Source: Kudoa neothunni (lineage: Eukaryota > Animalia > Cnidaria). From it: a DNA stretch of 64,000 nucleotides. A model generated the notes under the pieces. It searched no databases. It had not been told where the DNA came from and saw only the letters and a program-made list of their open reading frames with translations. The number at the start of each line of letters is the position of its first letter. Position 1 is the first letter of the stretch. Positions 61,158 to 64,000 of this stretch are shown here, piece after piece. The translations under genes were made by a program, and so were the position numbers. Where the stretch lies: NCBI GenBank assembly GCA_964304625.1, contig OZ199840.1, forward strand, positions 6,637,252 to 6,701,251, written 5' to 3'.

Positions 61158-62340
61158 TTACTCAATTTTCAAATTATATAATTTTGTAATAAGTTCCAAA
61201 AATGTTGTGCCATAATATATATGATAATTATTGCATATGCCCCGTAAAGAAGCTATTTTTTGGATATATTTTGAATCAAGAACATAAGATAAATTAGAAA
61301 TTCGATTTTCAATTTCATTTTCAGTGTTGCTCTGGTTTACTTTTATTTTATTAAAAAAGGTAGTCAAACCAGGACGGCACTGCTCAAATTTTGCGTAAAA
61401 ATGTCGTTAAACACTTCTGCTGAGTTTGAAGTGAGCGGAATATCATTCATTATTCTAAAGTAAGCATTCCAACATTCAATTGGATACTTAATTCCCCTCA
61501 AGTAATTTTTCTCAAAATATTTAAAAAACGGATCTAAACTAACATCCTGAAACATGGTGGTTTTTAAAGTTTTTTGCACTCGGTCTCAACAAACTCAGCG
61601 GGAACGAACCCCAATGACGTTACACATTTGATAAACAAGCGAAATTCAGTATCTGTTTGGAATTTATTCCTTAGTCCGAGTTTGTGTAATTTTTTAAACA
61701 TAATTTGCCCAAAATGAAACAGACAAAAGAAAATTGTCGATTTTGTTGCCTTTTTAAAAGCAACAAAAGCAGCAACCTCAAAATCCAACTCAATTTATTT
61801 AGGAAAAATTTGTTCACACTTTTCCATTACAATATTAATCGCTTTCAAGTAATCGGATTCCTTCTTTGTTTTTAATAACATAAACAAGGGGGAACATATT
61901 ACAGTTTATTTTTCCGTGTAGAATATACAGCTGTAAAAACTCCTTCGGACACGATTTGAAAGTACCATCTAATATGGTTAATTGAGAATTTTTAAGATGG
62001 ATTAGGTTCGTGCTTGTGGGTAAAATAACAATTCTGTTATCAGAACATGCACAAGAATCATACAAAACAAATTCTTCTCCTCGTAGAGTTTTTACCTCTA
62101 ACTCTTGAAGGTTTTTTGTTCGGTCAATTATTATGGAATTACGCTTTCGAACATGCCTTATATATATATATATTTTATTTTTCAATTATAGGGAGTTCAC
62201 TTAACTTTATAAAGACTGTGGCAGCAGAATAAACTTTATAGGTTTTGTAGGTCGTGTTATTGGCCAAATCTATTTTGTTGCAAAAAATACTCTTAAGATA
62301 TCATTCTCAGAAAGAACATGGTTGTGAACGTTTATTAATT
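61158..62340 (-). pseudogene. MULE transposase, frameshifted
   Basis: ILDGTFKSCPKEFLQLYILHG, FPLVY, DFEVAAF, CLFHFGQ, YFEKNY, TSNSAEVFN in order. Confidence 0.88.
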
Positions 62341-62529
62341 AAATATTTTCAATTTTTTCCTAAATGATATTTAATATAAAAATAATTTTTATAAAATATC
62401 ATATCGGTATTTCTTGAAGATTTAAGAAGCTGAAATCTTGATTCCCTAAGGCTTGATCAGACATATTATAGACACGCGCGCGACACTTGGCGAATTTCCC
62501 CCGTGTCGAATCTTTTCTTTCTGTATTTA

Positions 62530-62764
62530 ACTTTTAAGATATTAATTAAGATGATTAGTTCACGTTGGTGACATTGGAGTACTATACATTCTTTCAATAC
62601 CCATATATTTCCATTAAAAATGATTTACATCTGAAGAAATTTCAAAATTTGGACGTAATAAAGTTCAACAATTAGGAATTATATAATTTCGTCGCATCTT
62701 AACCTTAGATATTGTAGCTTATATTATGCATGTACGGTGGGGAACGGCGGGTTGCCGACCCCTG
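62530..62764. mobile_element. Right end of a Buster-type hAT element
   Basis: Ends GGTTGCCGACCCCTG followed by catTAtag. Homologous to ~31285-31544. Confidence 0.75.
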
Positions 62765-63690
62765 CATTATAGGATACCCTCAGCATAGAAAATGTTATTT
62801 TAACTGTTGGACTCGATTTATATTGATTTAGTATAATTTTATATTGAATTAAGTTATATATTATTGTTTTATGAGTAAAATTGCACACATTAAGAAGGAA
62901 AGCGGTATAAATTTAACTCATCATGCGACCAGAAATGATCGGCACGTGTTCCGATCAATCAATACTCACTCTTTCGTTCATTTGTTCTTGGTGTTAGCGA
63001 AAAGTTTTTTAACTTGAAAATCTTATACAGATGAGAGTTAATTTTTCTATCCACTAAATTTTAGACACTTAACTGTTCATGTATTTCTTGAACTCGTTTA
63101 ATTCCCGACGGCGGTTTGACTTCGTAATTTTTTCTATTTTTAATTATTTAATACTTAAATAAGATTATTCATAAAATATTTAAGTGGAACCAGCATTTTT
63201 AGAAAGTACACTTTATATTTAATTTAGCTATTAAAACTTGAAGGTATTTTCAAACACTTCAGCTCACTCGTCTATTTAATAACCCAAATCTGGACATTGA
63301 AAGCATTACTCGCCCCGAATTTTCATACAGAAAGAATTTTATTAAGTAATACTATCAATTCATATGAAATTAAAAATTTTGATTATATAAAATAATGTGT
63401 TTGTAGACTTTTCATGAAATATAATCTGCATATCCTAATTATATTTTTTTGCCATCCTTATATGTCAGTCATGTTATGTATAATCGAAGAAATAAATTTT
63501 ATTATGACATCAAAATCTAATAAAGTAATAAAATATATATTATTTTTAATTAAAAAAGCTGTCAATGAATAATTTTAAATAACTTGGAATTTCACGTAAA
63601 TTTTTATCCGCATGTTTTTAACATATTTTGACTTTGTGTAACGTATTTAATTAAGAAAATTAAATTGTCATGACATCTGATGGAAAATAA

Positions 63691-64000
63691 GATAGTGTCT
63701 ATTTGCGCTCCCTCGATGCGTGCGCAGAGGATTAGAGCGTTATCACTATATGTGTTTTTACTCTTATATTAGCCATTTCAAATGAATAATAATAGCTGCT
63801 AACACCAAATAATATTTTTTAATTGACTTTTAAAGTCGTATGTCAATTATTATTTATCGTAAAAATTACAATCATATTTACTCCATAAAACAACTTTATG
63901 CCAACTTCCATGTATTATAAATTAAAAAATGGTTAGATAATAATTACAAGAAAAACTCATGTGAATATATCTTTGTGCGGTTTATTAGTTTTGAGTGTAA
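63691..64000 (+). mobile_element. End of another copy of the MULE family at 14373-15883, running off the window
   Basis: 63691-64000 is the reverse complement of ~15574-15883, including the TIR GATAGTGTCTATTTGC. Confidence 0.92.

Noticed and set aside
1-64000. Reassigned genetic code (TGA = Trp), since none of the six host genes ends in TGA
   Set aside because: The Trp codons I read in host genes are TGG and no in-frame TGA occurs in them. Six stops are too few to infer anything.
1-64000. CRISPR array, tRNA or rRNA genes
   Set aside because: No regularly spaced repeats, cloverleaf or rRNA-like stretch seen. The recurring palindromes are transposon subterminal sites.

Overview
AT-rich eukaryotic nuclear DNA. 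Six compact host genes sit between large stacks of nested transposons: ISCA1, a UQCRQ/QCR8-like gene, cytochrome b561, a CerS1-like ceramide synthase, TTC39 and SF3A1. Their introns are mostly 37-75 nt. The mobile fraction includes about a dozen piggyBac elements or ends, hAT (Ac-type and Buster-type), MULE, IS630/Tc1, pogo, Helitron-like, Gypsy and possibly Penelope remnants. Fast-evolving animal-like proteins, mini-introns and this TE set suggest a parasitic metazoan such as a myxozoan; that is inference only. Main observations: (1) a piggyBac at 52926-55339 whose apparently broken transposase becomes an intact 570-aa protein after removing a 46-nt host-style intron; (2) host 5' splice sites have largely lost +5G (5 of 43 introns inferred by eye), alongside AAG acceptors, a GC-AG intron and an RGGR-to-RGGK change in the SF3A1 tail; (3) clade-specific subterminal palindromes at conserved spacing in the piggyBacs; (4) multi-level nesting with signs of a TTAA-bounded deletion; (5) a DD32E Tc1-like transposase. 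All gene models and counts were made by eye, without alignments or RNA data.
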